The notes: generated by a model from the sequence alone, not told the origin. 32,000 bases of DNA from Bellilinea caldifistulae (GCF_001306055.1 NZ_LGHJ01000021.1:1-32000), one strand, 5' to 3'. Counted from the first letter of the stretch, positions 1-10,273 are shown. Program-made: numbers and translations.

Positions 1-140
1 TGGAGGTGAAGAGGTCAAATCAAGATACACAGCCCCTTTATTTTAGGGTGGATACCCCATCGGGTGCGGCTTTTCCACCCCTCAAACAGCCTGCTCGGCG
101 TATTACGCTTGATTTTTCAACTCTCTCTGAAATTTTTTAC

Positions 141-170
141 TTGACAGTTCTAAATGGGTGAAGGTACAAT
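141..170 (+). promoter_or_regulatory. sigma70-type promoter for rpmF (TTGACA - 18 nt - TACAAT)
   Basis: TTGACA at 141-146 and TACAAT at 165-170. An A/T-rich stretch (aaattttttac) lies just upstream. AGGAG at about 221-225 precedes the ATG at 234. Confidence 0.6.
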
Positions 171-233
171 AGTGCAGCTTTTTGAATTGGAAAATTTGCC
201 GGAATCTGGCTAGGCTAAACAGGAGTAACAGGA

Positions 234-431
234 ATGGTACCACTTCCAAAGCGGAAACTTTCAAAGGGCCGGCGCGACCGTCGGCGGGCTCACGACGCAC
301 TGCAAAACACCAATCTGGTACAGTGCAGTCAATGTGGTGAAATGCGATTACCGCATACGGTTTGCCCCAATTGCGGATATTATCAGGGCCGCGAAATTAT
401 CAGTATGGAAAAAGCCGAGAAAAAGAAGTAA
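234..431 (+). CDS. rpmF: 50S ribosomal protein L32
   Basis: 65 aa. The N-terminus MVPLPKRKLSKGRRDRRRAH is typical of L32. A zinc-ribbon pair is present (CSQCG...CPNCG). Confidence 0.95.
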   Translation: MVPLPKRKLSKGRRDRRRAHDALQNTNLVQCSQCGEMRLPHTVCPNCGYYQGREIISMEKAEKKK

Positions 432-455
432 TTTAAAACTTGATGGCTGAAGTTT

Positions 456-486
456 AAAAAGGCTGCTCGATTCGGGCAGCCTTTTT
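456..486. terminator. bidirectional rho-independent terminator between convergent rpmF and the hflX string
   Basis: Stem GGCTGCTCG (461-469) pairs with CGGGCAGCC (473-481) around a 3-nt loop. It is flanked by AAAAA (456-460) and TTTTT (482-486). Confidence 0.75.
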
Positions 487-493
487 GTGGTGC

Positions 494-715
494 TCAGAGC
501 GCCCAGGCCAGCATAAACCCGATGATTGCCAGAATCAGTCCGAGATGTAAAAATAAATTACTCTCAATCAGCCAACCGCTTAAGAAAAATTGCAAGATGA
601 AGTTGAGTAATATCAAAATCAACCCTGCCAAAGGTAACAATCCCTTGCGGTTTGCCAGAAAGGAAGAAACTTTATCCAGAAAATGCGAGAAATTACCCAG
701 CATACTCTTGTTCAA
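494..715 (-). CDS. small hydrophobic membrane protein (hypothetical)
   Basis: 73-aa ORF with two long hydrophobic segments, followed directly by the terminator. The track start is a TTG that overlaps the hflX stop. An ATG at 703 is an alternative start. No clear RBS for either. Confidence 0.45.
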   Translation of the reverse strand: MNKSMLGNFSHFLDKVSSFLANRKGLLPLAGLILILLNFILQFFLSGWLIESNLFLHLGLILAIIGFMLAWAL

Positions 716-2067
716 ACCTCGCTTTTCGCAGGGGTGGGGCGTTTCAGGTATGGGCGGTAAGCGTTCAATAAACGTCCGGGCAACGAACCTTTGATTTTGA
801 TGTATTCTCCAAAAGGTTGACTTTCCTCCACTTTACCGAATTCGTGGAATTGGGCGATTAACTGACCTTCACGGTAGGGGATGTAAACGGTTACAGGAGC
901 GAAGTTTTCAAAGAGGATGTTTTCCACTTCGCGCAGCAGATTGGGAAGACCTTCGCCGGTTTTTGCGGAAATGGCCACAGAACTGGTGAATTGACCCAAT
1001 GCTTTGCGAATTGCTTCGGTATCGGAGATGCGATCTACTTTGTTTAAAGCGGTTATGGTGGGGATATTCTCGCAGCCGATATCCAGGAGTGTCTGCTGGA
1101 CGGCTTTCCACTGCTCCCAGGCATTTGGATGCGTTACATCCAGCACATGCACCAGAAGATCAGCTTCGGTAATTTCTTCGAGCGTTGCTCGAAAGGCGGC
1201 AATTAATTGGGTGGGTAATTTTTGAATAAAACCAACCGTATCGGTGAAAAGAACCGTATGACCGGCGGGTAATTCAACGCGGCGTGTGGTCGGATCGAGA
1301 GTGGCGAATAATTGATCGGCGACATATACTTCCGCCCTGGCCAGGCTGTTCAACAGGGTGGACTTACCGGCATTGGTGTAACCCACCAATGCTACGATGG
1401 GAATATTGGAGCGGCGGCGCTGTTCACGATACCGCTGGCGATGGGCGCGAACTTTTTCCAATTCTTCCTTCAACCTGGCGATCCTTCGCCGAATTTCGCG
1501 GCGATCAACTTCCAGTTGGGTTTCACCGGGGCCACGTAAGCCAACACCGCCGGTTGAACCTGTTCGACCACCACCCCCACCGGTCTGTCGAGCGAGATGG
1601 GTCCATACTCTTGTCAGGCGGGGCAGCCGGTATTCGTAGTAAGCCAGTTCAACCTGTAAAATGCCCTCGCGGGTGCTGGCGTGACGGGCAAAAATATCCA
1701 GGATTAATGCTGTTCGGTCAATCACCCGTACCTGTTCGCCAAAACGTTCTTCCAATTCGCGTTGATGACGGGGCGAAAGTTCGGTATCAAAAATGACCAG
1801 ATCCGCTTGAGTTTCCTCGACCAGCATCTTAATCTCTTCGACTTTGCCGGAGCCAATGAAAGTATCCGGGTTGGGTTTATCCAGTCGCTGGGTTACTTCG
1901 CCGAGGACTTCTACTTCTGCGGTATCTGCCAGCAAAGCCAGTTCGGCGAGGGAATCTTCGAGGGGGAGTAGACCGGGATCTCCGATTAAATCCACTCCAA
2001 CGAGGATGGCGCGTTCGCGCGGTGTTTGAGTTGGTTCAGCAATCTTTTTTGCCATTTGATCTGTCAA
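712..2067 (-). CDS. hflX: GTPase HflX
   Basis: Glycine-rich HflX N-domain (GGGGGRTGSTGGVGLRGPGETQLE). G1 GYTNAGKST, G3 DTVGF, G4 NKVD. Confidence 0.95.
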   Translation of the reverse strand: MTDQMAKKIAEPTQTPRERAILVGVDLIGDPGLLPLEDSLAELALLADTAEVEVLGEVTQRLDKPNPDTFIGSGKVEEIKMLVEETQADLVIFDTELSPRHQRELEERFGEQVRVIDRTALILDIFARHASTREGILQVELAYYEYRLPRLTRVWTHLARQTGGGGGRTGSTGGVGLRGPGETQLEVDRREIRRRIARLKEELEKVRAHRQRYREQRRRSNIPIVALVGYTNAGKSTLLNSLARAEVYVADQLFATLDPTTRRVELPAGHTVLFTDTVGFIQKLPTQLIAAFRATLEEITEADLLVHVLDVTHPNAWEQWKAVQQTLLDIGCENIPTITALNKVDRISDTEAIRKALGQFTSSVAISAKTGEGLPNLLREVENILFENFAPVTVYIPYREGQLIAQFHEFGKVEESQPFGEYIKIKGSLPGRLLNAYRPYLKRPTPAKSEV

Positions 2068-2073
2068 TTCCGC

Positions 2074-3264
2074 TTATTTTTTCAGCCATTCGATCATGCG
2101 ATGCATGGCTTCTCTTAAGCGATCAGTGGGTACGCCGAGGGATATGCGGATGTATCCTTCACCATGTTTGCCGTAAACCACCCCGGGTGTAACGCTGACA
2201 CCGGCTTCTTCTAATAATTGAGAACAAAAAGCGGTGCTGTCTGTATAACCCTCCGGTAGGTGTGCCCAAATGTAAATGGCAGCCGGGGGAGTTTCCACTT
2301 TAAAACCGGATTCCCGCAAACCGCTCAGGGCAATATCTCTACGGTACTGGTAGATTTGGTTGCGTTCCTCCAGCCAGGATTGATCACCGGTCAAGGCAAT
2401 GATACCAGCCTGTAAAATGGCTTCAAAGTGAGAAGAATCCACCTGGCTTTTATAAGTGTGCAGATAACGGATGACTTCCGCGTTTCCAACCGCCATCCCT
2501 AATCGCCAACCAGCCATATTGTAGGTTTTGGAAAGGGAGTTGAATTCGATGGCTACTTCTTTTGCGCCCGGCACCTGCATGATGCTGGGGGCTTTATATC
2601 CGTCAAAGCAAATATCTACATAGGGGGCATCGTGAGCAATCAAAATCTGGTGTTTGTGGGCAAACGCAACTGCTTTTTCGAAAAATTCAAAAGGTGCAAC
2701 GGCGCCGGTAGGGTTATTTGGGTAGTTTAGCCAGATCAAACGCGCTCTTTCCAACACCCATTCGGGAATCGAATCCAGATCGGGCAGAAAGTGATTTTCG
2801 CTCAACAGGGGCATTGGAAAAATTTGACCACCGGCAATCATGGTGCTGGATTGATAAACGGGATAACCGGGATTGGGCACCAGCACAATATCACCCGGAT
2901 TGATGCAGACCTGAGTGAGATTGAAGATGCCTTCTTTAGATCCAAGCAGCGCAATGGTTTCTTTTTGCGGGTCTAAATCAACCTGAAAACGATCCGCATA
3001 ATAGGCTGCAATGGCTCTGCGAAAAGCCAGTGTACCGCCGTTGGGTGTGTATCCATGGGTATCTGACCTGCGGGCAGTGGAAATTAACACTTCGGTGATA
3101 AAATCGGCGGGCGGCAGGTCAGGAGAGCCCATGTCCAGGCGGATGACATCCACGCCGAGGGCTTTGAGTTCCGTAATTTTTTGGTTCAGACTAGCAAAAA
3201 AGTAGGGCTTGAACGAAGCGATTCGATCAGCCGGGCGAAAGATGGATTTATTCTGATGATTCAT
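2074..3264 (-). CDS. PLP-dependent class I/II aminotransferase (AspC/DapL-like)
   Basis: Motifs NPGYPVY and YPNNPTG, plus the PLP-lysine motif SLSKTYNMAGWRLG. 396 aa. Confidence 0.85.
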   Translation of the reverse strand: MNHQNKSIFRPADRIASFKPYFFASLNQKITELKALGVDVIRLDMGSPDLPPADFITEVLISTARRSDTHGYTPNGGTLAFRRAIAAYYADRFQVDLDPQKETIALLGSKEGIFNLTQVCINPGDIVLVPNPGYPVYQSSTMIAGGQIFPMPLLSENHFLPDLDSIPEWVLERARLIWLNYPNNPTGAVAPFEFFEKAVAFAHKHQILIAHDAPYVDICFDGYKAPSIMQVPGAKEVAIEFNSLSKTYNMAGWRLGMAVGNAEVIRYLHTYKSQVDSSHFEAILQAGIIALTGDQSWLEERNQIYQYRRDIALSGLRESGFKVETPPAAIYIWAHLPEGYTDSTAFCSQLLEEAGVSVTPGVVYGKHGEGYIRISLGVPTDRLREAMHRMIEWLKK

Positions 3265-4501
3265 AGGCTCCAGTTTTGTGTGTTGGGGTAAGTAAAGATG
3301 CGAATAATCGGGCGGTTTTTAAGTCGGGTGGTTCAACATGGTGTGGAACGAGGATGTGAAAAGTGGAACCGGGGCATTTTTCCTCGTCGTAGCCGTTGGA
3401 TTCCACCCAAATAGCGCCGCCATGGGCTTCAATAATTCCTTTGGCAATATGTAATCCCAGACCGGGGCCGCCGCCTTTGAACTTTGTTTTTCCGCTGGAA
3501 TGGAGAGCGACATTGCCAATGCGGGAAAACTTTTCAAAAATGATCAGCTGATCTTCCGCATCAATGCCAATGCCTTCATCGGTGATGGCTACTTCAATAA
3601 AACCGGGTAATTTCCGCCCATTGATGATGATTTTGCCGTAATCGGGTGTGAATTTGATCGCATTTACCAGCACATTGCGGAAGACTTGTAAAAGTCTTTC
3701 GGGATCCCCGAAAGTCAACTCGTCATAACCGGGGAATGGGTGGATGGTCAAGGTTTGATGGCGTTCCTGAAGAGCGGGTTGCAATTCAGCCTGAAGCAGC
3801 TGGAAGAGGCGGTTAATCCACACCGGCTGAATGTTGAGGCTGAGCAGTCGGTTATCAATCAAAGAAACGTCAATCATGTCATCAATGATCGTGCGCAGGC
3901 GGCGTGCGCCGTTGGAAATACCATCCACCATTGTGAGGTAATGATTCAAGCCGGTTTGCTGCTCCAGCATTTCGCGCAGCATGGCAGTGTATCCTTCAAT
4001 GAGGGTGAGTGGGGTTTTCAGCTCATGTGCAGCAACAGCAATGAAATCGGATTTACTTTTGTCCAGTTTTTCTAGATTCTGACGGGTCTGTTCCAATTGA
4101 GCGCTGAGATGGCTTACTTTGGCTTCCATTTCCAACACAGCGCTTTTTTCCACGATATAGCTGAATATGGGCAGGAGAGTAGTGACCATGCCCAATGCTT
4201 GAGACTCATCGAGGACTTCCTGACAGGTTTCGATGGTGATTTGCTGAAGCAGGATGGTGAATTTCAACAAGCTACTGGTGCTCACCTCCAGGTCGGTGAG
4301 TGTTAGTGAAAGAGACCAGTCGGTTAACACCGAATCCAGCCATGCCGGATCACCGGTTTCGACGGCTTGTTCAAGTTTGGTGAAAAAGGATTCAACTTGA
4401 ATCCGCAGGTCTTCCCGCAATCCTGCCCCGCGTGCCAAAGATTGGATCACGCGATTGATCCAGACCGGTTTGATTGTTCTCAACAATTCCAATTCGTTCA
4501 T
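3248..4501 (-). CDS. soluble sensor histidine kinase with no adjacent response regulator
   Basis: H-box AAHELKTPLT, N-box VNAIKFT, G1 DEGIGI, G2 GGGPGLGLHIAKG. No hydrophobic TM segment. The 3' end overlaps the aminotransferase start by 17 nt. Confidence 0.85.
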   Translation of the reverse strand: MNELELLRTIKPVWINRVIQSLARGAGLREDLRIQVESFFTKLEQAVETGDPAWLDSVLTDWSLSLTLTDLEVSTSSLLKFTILLQQITIETCQEVLDESQALGMVTTLLPIFSYIVEKSAVLEMEAKVSHLSAQLEQTRQNLEKLDKSKSDFIAVAAHELKTPLTLIEGYTAMLREMLEQQTGLNHYLTMVDGISNGARRLRTIIDDMIDVSLIDNRLLSLNIQPVWINRLFQLLQAELQPALQERHQTLTIHPFPGYDELTFGDPERLLQVFRNVLVNAIKFTPDYGKIIINGRKLPGFIEVAITDEGIGIDAEDQLIIFEKFSRIGNVALHSSGKTKFKGGGPGLGLHIAKGIIEAHGGAIWVESNGYDEEKCPGSTFHILVPHHVEPPDLKTARLFASLLTPTHKTGAYESSE

Positions 4502-4541
4502 TGGGTTAAGTTTATGCTATTTTTGAGGTTTTTACCAAGGG

Positions 4542-5441
4542 TTATTCGGATGTGGTTAACCAGTGATAAATTGTTTCTCCAACGATGCCGAGGCTTTCTG
4601 CAGATACTTTATCGAGGGTATCCTGACGAGTGTGCCAATAGGGATAATCAAAATCAATCACATCCACCGCTGCAAATCCTCTTTCTAAAAAAGGAGTGTG
4701 ATCATCGAGTATGCTGTATTTATACTGTGGGATGAAGTGCTTTTCAAACCCCAATTTTTGGGCACTATCCCAAATTTGACCGGCCAGCTGCGGGTTGGAA
4801 TTTCTTTCGAGATAGATGTTCAAATCAGCATCCCCGATCATATCTAAAATCACAACAGCAGTGGGGTTGATGGAAACCTCCTCAACAAATGCGCGAGAAC
4901 CCAAAATCCAATCCCAACCGGGGATATTACCCTGATCTTCGGCATCGAAAAAAACCAGCCAGATTTCAACAGGTAAATCCGGTGGCAGACTGCGAGCCAG
5001 TTCAAGCAAAACAGCCACACCCGAAGCCCCATCGTTTGCACCGGGGACGGGTTGATTGTGTTGTGCAGGATCGGGGTCTTGATCACTGAAAAAGCGCGAA
5101 TCATAGTGTGCGCCAAGGATGATGGTTTTTCCCTGTGGATTTGACCGCTTGGCAACCACATTGGTAATTGGATGTCCCATGCGCTGAGTTTGGTGTAATT
5201 CCACCCGCCAGCCTGCCTTTTGGGTTTGTTCAAGGATGTACTCAATGGTCTGGTGGTGAGCCTGGCTGCCGGGGGTTCGTTCTCCAAACGACAACTGCAC
5301 TTCCACATCTCGGAATGCACGGGTTTTGTCAAAACGGTAAAGGGTAGAAGAAGGACTGCCACCAAATCGGTTGCTGATCAGCAAACCGGTGAGCAATAAA
5401 ATGATGAACAGAGCAAGGGAGTAGAGGGGAGATCTCTTCAT
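4542..5441 (-). CDS. M28 family metallopeptidase / glutaminyl-cyclase-like, membrane-anchored or secreted
   Basis: N-terminal hydrophobic signal/anchor (LYSLALFIILLLTGLLI). M28-type metal ligand motifs: HYDS, NDGASGVAVLLELAR, FFDAEDQG, LDMIGD, WHTRQD. Confidence 0.8.
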   Translation of the reverse strand: MKRSPLYSLALFIILLLTGLLISNRFGGSPSSTLYRFDKTRAFRDVEVQLSFGERTPGSQAHHQTIEYILEQTQKAGWRVELHQTQRMGHPITNVVAKRSNPQGKTIILGAHYDSRFFSDQDPDPAQHNQPVPGANDGASGVAVLLELARSLPPDLPVEIWLVFFDAEDQGNIPGWDWILGSRAFVEEVSINPTAVVILDMIGDADLNIYLERNSNPQLAGQIWDSAQKLGFEKHFIPQYKYSILDDHTPFLERGFAAVDVIDFDYPYWHTRQDTLDKVSAESLGIVGETIYHWLTTSE

Positions 5442-5448
5442 GGGGTTA

Positions 5449-6801
5449 TTACTGTTTTAATCCCCATTCTTTAAAAAAGGTTCCCAGATCCCGCAGTGAA
5501 CGTTCAACATGCGCTTGAGCGCGCGCCCGTTTACCTTTGACCGGTTCTGGCAGTTCGGGGAGGATACCAAAATTCGCTTTCATCGGCTGGAAGTCTTTCA
5601 TCGAAGCGTGGGTGACATAATGACACAACGCACCCAGCATGGTCGTCTGCGGCATGATCAACGTTGGCTGACCTTTTGCCAGTCTGGCAGCATTGATACC
5701 AGCCAGCAATCCGGTCGCGATATTCCCCATATAACCCTCTACACCCGTAATTTGGCCAGCAAATAAAAGGGTTTCCCGTTGACGAGCCTGTAGAGAAGGT
5801 TGAAGTAGAAGCGGCGATGCAATAAAAGTATTGCGGTGCATTTGACCGTAGCGGACAAATTCGGCGTTTTGCAAACCGGGAATCATACGGAATACCCGTT
5901 TTTGTTCAGGGAAAGTCAGATTGGTTTGGAATCCGACCAGATTGTAAAGCGTACCGGCCAGATTATCCTGGCGCAGTTGAACAACAGCAAAGGGGCGTTT
6001 ACCGGTACGCGGGTCTTTCAAACCCACCGGGCGCATCGGACCATACGCCAGGGCCAGATCACCCCGTTGAGCAAGAATTTCGACCGGCAGACACCCCTCG
6101 AAGAAGTGATCCATTCCGGCGCGAACGCCTGCTTCAATTTCCTTTTCGAACTCACGCAGTGCAATGCGTTGAGCGTTGCGCAACGCCTGAACAAATGCGA
6201 AATACTCATCGCGAGACATGGGGCAATTGATATAATCCCCCTCCTGGTCCTCGCCAATTCCGTAGCGCGAGGCTTTGAAAGCAATCGAGAAGTCAATTGA
6301 GTCTACATGCACAATTGGGGCAATTGCGTCGTAAAAATAAAGGCGGTTTTCTCCACTGAGGTTTTGAATCGCCTCTGCCAGTGCAGGTGAGGTGAGTGGG
6401 CCGCTGGCAACAATGACAATGCCATCGGGAATGTCTTTGACTTCCTGGCGGATGAGATGAATACGGGAATGATTGGCGATCCGTTCGGTGACCATTTTGG
6501 AAAAAGCCTCACGATCAACGGCTAACGCACCACCGGCAGGTAAGGCAGTGGCTTCGGCACATTGAAGCAGCAAAGACCCAAAACGGCGGATTTCTTCTTT
6601 GAGCAAGCCGGAAGCGCGGTCAATTAAGGAAGAGCCGAGTGAGTTGGAGCAAACCAGTTCAGCAAGGAGGCCGCTGACATGCGCACCAGTTTGAATTTCC
6701 GGGCGCATTTCGTATAGAAATACCTCACAGCCCAACTCGGCTGCCTGCCAGGCTGCTTCACTGCCAGCCAAACCGCCACCAATCACGGTAATTTGCTTCA
6801 T
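5449..6801 (-). CDS. trmFO: methylenetetrahydrofolate--tRNA-(uracil-5-)-methyltransferase TrmFO
   Basis: Start reassigned to [21 protein letters not shown] (FAD GxGxxG fold), with the ATG complement at 6799-6801. TrmFO/Gid-like sequence throughout. Confidence 0.9.
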   Translation of the reverse strand: MKQITVIGGGLAGSEAAWQAAELGCEVFLYEMRPEIQTGAHVSGLLAELVCSNSLGSSLIDRASGLLKEEIRRFGSLLLQCAEATALPAGGALAVDREAFSKMVTERIANHSRIHLIRQEVKDIPDGIVIVASGPLTSPALAEAIQNLSGENRLYFYDAIAPIVHVDSIDFSIAFKASRYGIGEDQEGDYINCPMSRDEYFAFVQALRNAQRIALREFEKEIEAGVRAGMDHFFEGCLPVEILAQRGDLALAYGPMRPVGLKDPRTGKRPFAVVQLRQDNLAGTLYNLVGFQTNLTFPEQKRVFRMIPGLQNAEFVRYGQMHRNTFIASPLLLQPSLQARQRETLLFAGQITGVEGYMGNIATGLLAGINAARLAKGQPTLIMPQTTMLGALCHYVTHASMKDFQPMKANFGILPELPEPVKGKRARAQAHVERSLRDLGTFFKEWGLKQ

Positions 6802-6848
6802 TTTCCGTTTCCCAAAGCAAATTCTACCACGCTTGGGGTAAATTGCCC

Positions 6849-6888
6849 TGGCATAAAACTTGCACCATTTGCTGATGATCAGTATACT
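6849..6888 (+). promoter_or_regulatory. overlapping sigma54-like (-24/-12) and sigma70-like promoter elements upstream of rpoN
   Basis: TGGCAT (6849-6854), AAAAC, TTGCA (6860-6864), with the canonical GG-to-GC offset of 12. The same TTGCAC (6860-6865) lies 17 nt from TATACT (6883-6888). The element sits in the 111-nt trmFO/rpoN divergent region, 49 nt before the rpoN ATG. Confidence 0.5.
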
Positions 6889-6912
6889 TTTTTGAGGGAG
6901 CAGGTTGAAAAC

Positions 6913-8313
6913 ATGTTTCAAATCCAGAGTCCCAGTATCCGCACGGTAACTACCGCTCATTTAACCCAGACCATGACCCTCCTGAACCAGACGGTGGGAG
7001 AGTTATATCAGCAAATTCAACAGGAGTTGACCAACCCCGCCCTGGAGCTGGTAGAAGAACGCCGCTGTCCGACCTGTCATCGGGTGCTGCCGGGGCATGG
7101 TGAATGTCCGGTGTGCAGCCGCCCGGTCAGTATGCAGGCGGAAGAACCAGTTGTTTTTGTTTCGCCACGTGAGGATTTTTACTCTTCCGGTGGCTCGAGT
7201 GCGGATTTGATCCCCGATGAACCTGTTTCACCCATTGTGGAAGAGTTGCCCGTCTTCATTTTGCGTCAAATTGCGGTTGAGCTGGAGGGAGAAGAACGAC
7301 GGATTGCCGCCTTTTTCCTGACTCATCTGGATGAGGACGGGTTCTTGACCATTGCACCGGTTGAAATTGCCCAGTATTTTCATGTCCCGCTTTCAAAAGT
7401 GCTGCGTATTAAGCAACTCATCCAGCGCGCCGAACCTGTTGGGGTGGGGTCGGCCAATCCACAGGAAGCTTTGCTGGTTCAACTGGATGTCCTAAATGAA
7501 ACCAAGCCTACTCCTGAGTTAGCCCGGCACATCATTGCTGAGGCGATGGATTTGCTCACCCACCGTCAATACGCGGAAATTGCCCGCAAATTGAATGTTT
7601 CTTATCATCAAGTTCAGGAGACGGTGCGTTTCATTGGTGAAAACCTGAATCCTTTTCCGGCGCGAGCCCATTGGGGGGATGTGAGAAACCCCTCACCGAA
7701 AGCGGGAGAAGTCTATTACCATCCGGATATCATCATCAGTTACCTGAATAATTCTCCAGAAAACCCCCTGGTGGTTGAAATTATCTTGCCGATACGCGGA
7801 TATCTGAGGGTCAACCCTCTATTTCGGCAAGCGGCGCGGATTGCCAGTGAAGAAACCCGGATTGGAATGAAAAATGATCTGGAACGGGCAGCATTATTTG
7901 TCAAATGCTTACAGCAGAGGAACTTTACCATGCAGCGCTTAATGCAGCGGGTGGTCAGTATTCAACGAGATTTCATCTTGCGCGGTGACCGCTATATTAA
8001 ACCGTTGACCCGCGCTTCTCTGGCGGAGGAGCTGGGTGTTCATGAGTCGACCATTTCGCGGGCGGTTTCTAACAAAACAGTTCAATTGCCCAACAAGAAA
8101 ATCATTCCCCTAGCGAATTTCTTTGACCGCAGTCTGAATGTGCGGACGGCATTGCGGGAGATTATCTCAAGGGAAAAAAATCCTCTCAGTGATTCTCAAC
8201 TGGCGCGTTTGCTCGCCCAACAAGGTTATGAAGTTGCCCGGCGAACGGTGGCAAAATATCGGGCAATGGAGGGTATCCTCCCCGCCCACTTACGCAGAGT
8301 TAATCAGGTTTAG
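6913..8313 (+). CDS. rpoN: RNA polymerase sigma-54 factor with a Cys4 insertion in Region II
   Basis: Start reassigned to MFQIQSP (ATG 6913). Region I-like [45 protein letters not shown]. RpoN box ARRTVAKYR near the C-terminus. Confidence 0.9.
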   Translation: MFQIQSPSIRTVTTAHLTQTMTLLNQTVGELYQQIQQELTNPALELVEERRCPTCHRVLPGHGECPVCSRPVSMQAEEPVVFVSPREDFYSSGGSSADLIPDEPVSPIVEELPVFILRQIAVELEGEERRIAAFFLTHLDEDGFLTIAPVEIAQYFHVPLSKVLRIKQLIQRAEPVGVGSANPQEALLVQLDVLNETKPTPELARHIIAEAMDLLTHRQYAEIARKLNVSYHQVQETVRFIGENLNPFPARAHWGDVRNPSPKAGEVYYHPDIIISYLNNSPENPLVVEIILPIRGYLRVNPLFRQAARIASEETRIGMKNDLERAALFVKCLQQRNFTMQRLMQRVVSIQRDFILRGDRYIKPLTRASLAEELGVHESTISRAVSNKTVQLPNKKIIPLANFFDRSLNVRTALREIISREKNPLSDSQLARLLAQQGYEVARRTVAKYRAMEGILPAHLRRVNQV

Positions 8314-8315
8314 AT

Positions 8316-10271
8316 ATGAGAGATGTAATCAGTCGTCCGATTCAGGCGTTATTTGGTAACAAAATTAATAAGATTGAACCCTATTCAGCCATTCAAAATT
8401 TACTGGAATTGATTGCAGAACCGGCGCTGGTGTATGATCCAGAGGGCAACCGAGTCCTTCTGGCGAACAGCGCATTTTTGGTGCTTTCTGCTTATTCCCA
8501 GCAGGAAGTCATAAATGAAAATTTAGAGAATTTATTGGAAAATCCCAGCCTCGAAGAAATCTTGAAAGAGGATAGCACTACGGGATTGTTGAGAACCCGT
8601 AATCGCTTGAGCATCCCGGTAGAAATTCGCAAAGGTGTGTTGGATCAACAAACCGGCTACGTCGTATTGAGGGTTATTTCCCAAATGACTTTGCAATATC
8701 TGAGCGGCAACTGGCAAAAGCGACTATTAACCACATTTCAGATGATTCCACGGTTTGTGGAGAATTCGTCTGGAGAATGGATGGAGACCGTTCAGCATTT
8801 GCTGGATGTGTTAAAGGGACTTTTTGAAACCAATCTGATCTGTATTTACCACGCCAGCGCCGATTTTCCCGAATTGCGCAAGCTGATCAGTCTCGAAGAG
8901 TTGACATTATTCCCCGATACCTTGCCGTCCAGCGATTTGATCCGCCTGTCGTTGCCCGTGTTGTGGACTCCGGGGAAGCGGATGACCACTCATTTACATC
9001 GTTCAGCAAGGATTGCGGGTGTCACTTATGTTGCCAGTGTTGCCATCGGTAGAGAAAATGCCTTGGAAGGTTTGCTTGTTGTGGGAGGTATGGAATCTCA
9101 GCCACCACCTTTATTATTAGAGACCATTGAAGTGCTGGCGGTTTATGTTTCTCAAGTCATCAGCCGTTCTGTTCTGGAAGAAAACATTAGAAGAGAAGCA
9201 GCGCGGAGGGAGTTTCAACTTCAGTTGTATGGGGCGGTTTATGAAGAAGTTCAAGAAGGGGTTGTGGTTGTTGACCCGGACTCGGTGATTATCGAAATCA
9301 ATCCCGCTGCAGAATTATTATTCGGTTATACGCGGAATGAGGTTCGGGGGGAGCGGATTGAAAATATTTTGATCACCCCTGATCGCTTTCTGCCAGCGCT
9401 TGCCAATGTGATGACAACGAAGACTTCGTCCCTGCTGGAAAACATCACTTTACACCGCCGAAACGGGCAAACCTTTGCAGCAGATGTGAAAATTTTACCG
9501 ATCCAGCACTATGGCGATCTGTCTGGAGTAGTCCTTCTGGTACGGGATATCAGCGAGCATGAGCAAATTCTGGCGCAATCCCGCCAGTTGGAACAACGCG
9601 CATTTCTCGGCGAGTTTATGGGTGTTTTTGCCCATGAAGTTCTCAACCCAATCAACAATATTTCTACCGGCTTACAAATTCTTTCCCGCCGGCTAGCCAG
9701 CGAAAATTCTTTACAGGAACTGGTTAGCCGTATGGAGAATGATTGTGAACGCTTGCACCACCAGATGGAAGCACTGAAAACCTATGCCAAGCCTTATGAA
9801 CCCAAGCAAGAAATGGTGGACGTCCCCCAATTGCTGAATCGCATTCTGGAGCGCTGGCGGCCGCGTATGGAAAGATTGAACGTACACCATGTGTTTCAAT
9901 CGGCGGAAAAACTACCACCTGTAAAAGGCGATTGGCGGGCACTTGATCAGGTTTTCAACAATCTCATCAGTAATGCGATTGATGCCATGAGAGAGAATGG
10001 CGGGGTCTTAAGCGTGAAAGTCAGCCTTTCAACGCTGGTATCTCCGCACCCGCATTTGGAAATTGCGGTGTCAGATAACGGGCCAGGAATCCCGGATGAT
10101 ATTCGAGAAAGGATCTTTGAGCCTTTTGTGACAACCAAAGCCAGCGGTACTGGCTTGGGCCTGTCTATCACAAAAAGGATCGTTACTGCCCATCGAGGGA
10201 GCATTACATTCAATAGTTACCCGGGCGGAACTGTATTCCGTATCTTTCTACCTGCCAGCGAGGAATCCTGA
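8316..10271 (+). CDS. soluble PAS-GAF-PAS sensor histidine kinase (NtrB-like)
   Basis: PAS segment ([30 protein letters not shown]...HRRNGQTF). H-box [13 protein letters not shown]-box [11 protein letters not shown]1 DNGPGIP, G2 GTGLGLSI. No TM segments. Starts 2 nt after the rpoN stop. Confidence 0.9.
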   Translation: MRDVISRPIQALFGNKINKIEPYSAIQNLLELIAEPALVYDPEGNRVLLANSAFLVLSAYSQQEVINENLENLLENPSLEEILKEDSTTGLLRTRNRLSIPVEIRKGVLDQQTGYVVLRVISQMTLQYLSGNWQKRLLTTFQMIPRFVENSSGEWMETVQHLLDVLKGLFETNLICIYHASADFPELRKLISLEELTLFPDTLPSSDLIRLSLPVLWTPGKRMTTHLHRSARIAGVTYVASVAIGRENALEGLLVVGGMESQPPPLLLETIEVLAVYVSQVISRSVLEENIRREAARREFQLQLYGAVYEEVQEGVVVVDPDSVIIEINPAAELLFGYTRNEVRGERIENILITPDRFLPALANVMTTKTSSLLENITLHRRNGQTFAADVKILPIQHYGDLSGVVLLVRDISEHEQILAQSRQLEQRAFLGEFMGVFAHEVLNPINNISTGLQILSRRLASENSLQELVSRMENDCERLHHQMEALKTYAKPYEPKQEMVDVPQLLNRILERWRPRMERLNVHHVFQSAEKLPPVKGDWRALDQVFNNLISNAIDAMRENGGVLSVKVSLSTLVSPHPHLEIAVSDNGPGIPDDIRERIFEPFVTTKASGTGLGLSITKRIVTAHRGSITFNSYPGGTVFRIFLPASEES

Positions 10272-10273
10272 TT

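Noticed and set aside
46-80. GGGTGGA...TCCACCC inverted repeat as a terminator for the upstream gene
   Set aside because: It has a 21-nt loop and no downstream T-tract. It is a weak structure, so it is not called.
1-158. Possible 3' end of an upstream gene, such as the DUF177/yceD gene often found before rpmF
   Set aside because: Open frames end at 9, 46 or 158. None of the translated tails is recognisable, and the longest runs through the rpmF promoter. This cannot be supported from the fragment.
1284-1796. 170-aa antisense ORF inside hflX. Similar shadow ORFs lie at 5836-6300, 24009-24485, 25333-25866, 20466-20897 and 21445-21873.
   Set aside because: All lie fully within strongly supported genes on the opposite strand. 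They have W/R/G-rich shadow-frame composition and no recognisable domains.
4850-5365. 171-aa same-strand, alternative-frame ORF inside the M28 peptidase gene
   Set aside because: It is an out-of-frame overlap with a CDS carrying clear M28 motifs. There is no independent support.
6793-6912. 40-codon N-terminal extension of the rpoN ORF
   Set aside because: It would overlap the trmFO start and cover the promoter elements. The sigma54 Region I-like sequence begins at the ATG at 6913.
6802-6960. 53-codon N-terminal extension of the trmFO ORF in the track (start at 6960)
   Set aside because: The extension has no TrmFO similarity and runs across the divergent promoter region into rpoN. The canonical [19 protein letters not shown] start is at 6801.
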